64,000 nucleotides of DNA. Source: Lama glama (Eukaryota). Below are positions 61,323-64,000 of the stretch, piece after piece. Within the stretch, counting starts at the first letter, position 1. Each line of letters begins with the position of its first letter. The stretch spans positions 96,536,001 through 96,600,000 of the forward strand of contig CM052817.1 in the NCBI GenBank assembly GCA_028534125.1. Reading direction: 5' to 3'. The position numbers and the translations under genes were made by a program. The notes under the pieces are model-generated. The model was given only the letters and a program-made list of their open reading frames with translations, ran no database searches and had not been told where the DNA came from.

Positions 61323-61962
61323 ACATATTTATCCACCACCCCTTCCCCTATGCTTTATTCTTCTCAAATATCAGATTAGCTGTAGTTCCACTTTAAGAAA
61401 TCTTGGTTCCCACTGTCAACAGAAGTTTGCCAGTAGACAGAGGTTTACACCAGTATTAGTCATAGGACAAGGAGAAAAGAGCAAAAAACCAAACCCAGAA
61501 AGAACTGTAGCAACCACAAAAGAAATCCAGTCACGCAGACACTAGTTTACAAGTGACAATTTATGATCTTCCACAGAGATTGTCCATAATGTAAATAGTT
61601 CCTCTTAACTTTCTCCAATATCAATATAAACAGCTCAGGGCAAAGAGAAGGAGACTGACATGAAAGTGATTAAAGAGAAACGTGGTTTTTTTAAAAAATA
61701 GAGGTTACCATAGACTCAGCCTCAGTGAGTACTCACCTTTCAGACAGTGCAATTCATGTAGAAAACTGTAAGGGCTCTAACCCTAAAAAAGAGTTTGGCA
61801 AGTCCCAACACCTGCTCCCTGATGCCAGACACCCAAACTCAAAATGCAAAACACTGTACATGAGAAGGAAATAAAATCATCAGAAGAAAGCAATAGTTGA
61901 ATCAATACTGAGTTGAGAAAAAAATTCTAATAATGGGTCAGTTTCAAAAGAATAACACTGGC

Positions 61963-62359
61963 TGTTGGTTCACAAACTGGCCCCCAGAAGCAAAGAGTAA
62001 GCCCCCAAAGAAAGAGGCAGACCTTTCCTGATTAGAGGGCTGCAGGTTTAATAACCAAGGGAACTTACATTCACGGCTTGGCTTGGGTGGCCACAAGATG
62101 AGCAAATCTCCCTACCTGTCTGCCAGAATGTTAAAAGTTTATATAGAAGCCTTAACTCAGTTCAGTCACATATTTAGTCCAGATGGTCTCAACAACACCT
62201 TACTCTCTCAAGGCTATGTCTTTGAAACAGTTCCTACTATGGGAATGGTGGGCGGAACAAACATTCCAAAGACGGGGAGAGGGCGAGGAGGCTCCATTCA
62301 CCCAAGTCCAGCTTGGGGGTCAACCAGTGGTCACGCCTTCTCCATGACCTCCTCCAACA
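61963..62359 (-). mobile_element. ERV solo LTR
   Basis: Inverted termini TGTTGG...CCAACA and 5-bp flanks CTGGC/GTGGC. TATATAAA and ATTAAA lie on the minus strand. Confidence 0.8.
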
Positions 62360-62472
62360 GTGGCTAAGTTAAAATTAGTCATAACTTTGTATGCTTTTAT
62401 CTTGATTTTCTCAGTCATAATAGACCTTGATGAAAATAAAATAACTTTAATAAAAATTAATTGAAAATAATA

Positions 62473-62683
62473 GACTGGGATTTCAAAATTGTAGAATAGA
62501 TAAACAAGATTACACTATATAGCACAGGGAATATACACAAAATGTTATGATAACTCACAGAGAAAAAAATGTGACACTGAGTGTGTATATGCCCATGAAT
62601 GACTGAAAAATTGTGCTGAACACTGGAATTTGACACAACACTGTAAAATGATTATGAATCAATAAAAAATGTTAAAAAAAAAA
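62473..62683 (+). mobile_element. Young L1 3' end with poly(A)
   Basis: TSD GAAAATAATA at 62463-62472 and 62684-62693, AATAAA plus A tail, and TATAGCACAGGGA shared with the other young L1 ends. Confidence 0.9.
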
Positions 62684-62721
62684 GAAAATAATAAGTGCTG
62701 ATTTCTAATTTGTTGATTGCC

Positions 62722-63260
62722 TTCTGCCTTAGTCTCAGTCTCCCAGAAAGCAGAATTGAAGGCAAAAGCCTATTACTCCACTCCTTTATTGGGAAGTACA
62801 AGCCTAGAAAAGGAGTGAAGCAAAGGTGAAAAGTCGAAGAGGAGGGAAAGCAAATGCAAGTAGTTTATAAGGTTCTTGGATTGTTCTGTCTTCTGTAACT
62901 ACCTCCGAATAGGTGTATAAATTACTATCTCAGAACAATCCATCCAAGGGAAGAAATGAGGAAAAGTTTGTCCTCTGGTTAGCATCTCTTACTGAATGAA
63001 GTTTCTCCCCACTGACATTGACACCCCTGTACCTCTGGGCTGCACATTGGACCAAGTGGTTCCTGCAGTCTCACACTTCAGCAGCAACAAGGACACCACA
63101 GGATAAGAGATGAAAGGCACACAGCACAAGCATAAAGCAAAGCACTGCCATATTTTCCCTTGTTAAGTCAGTGGCTGCAATAGCTCAGTGCAAGAAATGT
63201 CCAAAGACTCTAGAAAGAGGTGAGACCAAATGATCTGAGATACATAAAACGTATCTGATA
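62722..63260 (-). mobile_element. Old ERVL LTR (LTR33/41-like)
   Basis: CCTTAGTCTCAGTCTCCCAGAAAGCAGA...TTTATTGGGA start motif. Highly degenerate. Confidence 0.45.
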
Positions 63261-63409
63261 TATCCCACCCCCTCACAGTGCTCAATCATCTCACATCATA
63301 TATAGCTCCTGTACGATAATTTAAGTTTCCATTGTTGTTAAAACAAAATGTCCTTACTTGTTCTCTGAGTAGGAGATACAAACCTAATTAGTTACAGAAA
63401 TGTTTTCAA

Positions 63410-64000
63410 AATGATGATCACTTTGGAACTGAATTATGATGAAAACACAACATAGCAAAATTTGTGGCATCCAGCTAAGTTAGCAGTTAGAGGGAAATTT
63501 TTAGCACTAAATGCCAGTACTAGAAAAGAAGAAAGATCTCAAATCACTATGCTCAGTTTCTACCTTAAGAAACTGGGGGGGAAAGCAAGTTAAATCTAAA
63601 ATAAACATTAAAACGGAAAAAAGAGAGGAGCAGAAATCAACAAAACTGAAAAACAATAGAGAAGATTTTAAGAAACAAACACTGTATCTGCAAGAAGATC
63701 ATATGGATCAGGAAATAAATGAGAGAAGATACAAATTATTATCATCAGGAATGAGAGGGGTGACACAACTATAAAAGTGACACAAATATTAAAATGATTA
63801 TAGAGAATACTTTTAACAATATTTTTCCATTAAAGTTAAAACTTTGATGAAATGGACAATGCTTATTCAAGAAATAATAGATCATCTGAATATGTATTAA
63901 GTTTGTAGTTATAAACACTCTAACAATGAAAACCCCTGGCCCAGATGGGCTCATTGCTTAATTCTCCAAACATTTCAGGAAAAAGGAACACAAACTACAG
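63410..64000 (+). mobile_element. Old L1M ORF2 fragment (post-endonuclease region)
   Basis: GAAAACACAACATAGCAAAATTTGTGG...AGAGGGAAATTTTTAGCACTAAATGC...CCTGGCCCAGATGG. Confidence 0.85.

Noticed and set aside
1..64000. CRISPR arrays, operons or other prokaryote-type systems
   Set aside because: No regularly spaced repeat-spacer arrays and no gene-dense ORF structure; the sequence is mammalian non-coding DNA.

Overview
This is AT-rich, CpG-poor mammalian genomic DNA, most likely from a camelid (alpaca, llama or camel). The species call is inferred from three Vic-1-like tRNA-derived SINEs with target-site duplications (TSDs). Much of the window is interspersed repeat: old and young L1, L2, MIR, hAT and Tigger DNA elements, ERV1, ERVL and MaLR LTRs, and microsatellites. 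There is a 500-N assembly gap at 30277-30776. I recognise no complete protein-coding gene, RNA gene, CRISPR array or prokaryotic-type system, so no gene symbol is assigned. Long A-runs on the + strand in unique DNA and several near-consensus minus-strand splice donors suggest the window lies in a long intron of a minus-strand gene, possibly with alternative first exons near 45.1, 31.3 and 26.5 kb; this is inference. The best leads are a shared CATG start with good Kozak context on both strands (45163-45166), a recursive-splice-like AG|GT motif (56953), and POU and SOX/M-box motif clusters in a repeat-poor block (36-40 kb). Repeat family names come from recalled consensus sequences. Boundaries without TSDs are approximate and need RepeatMasker/Dfam confirmation.
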